Shown: piece by piece, positions 23,013-23,613 of the stretch
Position numbering within the stretch: position 1 is the stretch's first letter
Layout of the letters: every line of letters starts with the position of its first letter
Source of the DNA: a virus
Lineage: Duplodnaviria > Heunggongvirae > Uroviricota > Caudoviricetes
IMG/VR virus record: IMGVR_UViG_2617270938_000001
Reading direction: 5' to 3' (one strand)
Length of the DNA: 23,613 nucleotides
Notes under the pieces: generated by a model
Told to the model about the DNA's origin: nothing
Seen by the model: only the letters and a program-made list of their open reading frames with translations
The model's database searches: none
Position numbers and translations under genes: made by a program

Positions 23013-23613
23013 ATGGCAGTAAAGATTTCAGGTGTACTGAAAGACGGTGCAGGTAAACCGGTACAGAACTGTACAATCCAGCTGAAAGCAAAACGTAACA
23101 GCACCACGGTGGTGGCGAACACGGTGGCCTCAGAAAATCCGGATGAAGCCGGGCGTTACAGCATGGACGTTGAGTACGGTCAGTACAGCGTTATTCTGTT
23201 GGTGGAAGGCTTCCCGCCATCGCATGCCGGGACCATCACCGTGTATGAAGACTCACAACCGGGTACGCTGAATGATTTTCTCGGTGCCATGACGGAGGAT
23301 GATGTCCGTCCGGAGGCACTGCGCCGCTTTGAACTGATGGTGGAAGAGGTGGCGCGTAACGCGTCCGCAGTGGCACAGAACACAGCAGCCGCGAAGAAGT
23401 CAGCCGGCGATGCCAGCACATCAGCCCGTGAGGCGGCAACCCGTGCGACTGATGCTGCAGGCTCAGCACGTGCAGCCAGCACGTCAGCCGGACAGGCCGC
23501 GTCGTCGGCTCAGTCAGCGTCTTCCAGCGCAGGAACGGCATCAGCAAAGGCCACTGAAGCATCAAAAAGTGCTGCCGCCGCAGAGTCTTCAAAAAGCGCG
23601 GCAGCCACCAGTG
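23013..23613 (+). CDS. stf: side tail fibre protein Stf, N-terminal part (partial; runs off the window end)
   Basis: ATG 23013 with GGGGTGA SD: MAVKISGVLKDGAGKPVQNCTIQLKAKRNSTTVVANTVASENPDEAGRYSMDVEYGQYSVIL..., closely matching the lambda Stf N-terminus from memory. No stop before base 23613, so it is absent from the ORF track. Confidence 0.85.
   Translation, partial: MAVKISGVLKDGAGKPVQNCTIQLKAKRNSTTVVANTVASENPDEAGRYSMDVEYGQYSVILLVEGFPPSHAGTITVYEDSQPGTLNDFLGAMTEDDVRPEALRRFELMVEEVARNASAVAQNTAAAKKSAGDASTSAREAATRATDAAGSARAASTSAGQAASSAQSASSSAGTASAKATEASKSAAAAESSKSAAATS

Overview
The window is almost entirely a defective lambdoid (Rac/Qin-like) prophage of an Escherichia-type host, starting at its left attachment junction. 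Order: 3' end of a host beta-barrel outer-membrane protein gene (1..119); attL-proximal repeats; leftward operon int-xis-ExoVIII-like exonuclease and a string of small early-left genes (165..6298, minus strand); immunity region with a short non-LexA-type cI-like repressor (minus) divergent from a Cro/YdaS-like and YdaT-like pair, flanked by ATACC-N4-GGTAT-type operator palindromes; an O-like replication gene with internal iteron clusters; an AT-rich block of small genes; a Hok-family type I toxin; DUF968 (YdfU-like), RusA and antiterminator Q; a pR'/tR'-like promoter-terminator; then a cargo block in the position where Stx phages carry stx (small HTH protein, orphan beta-class DNA methyltransferase, three tRNA-like elements of which at least two look degenerate, two paralogous ~195-nt terminator-capped noncoding elements, and an IraM-like gene on the opposite strand); a phage-21-type lysis cassette (pinholin, embedded 116-aa gene, SAR-type endolysin, small TM ORF, Rz); an apparent deletion junction fusing a truncated Rz directly to the C-terminal ~940 codons of tail-tip gene J (no head or tail-shaft genes); and lom plus the 5' part of stf running off the window end. 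Product assignments rest on motifs read from the translations and recalled family knowledge; no database search was run. The most unusual material is the cargo block between Q and the holin, especially the paired noncoding elements and the decayed tRNA-like array.
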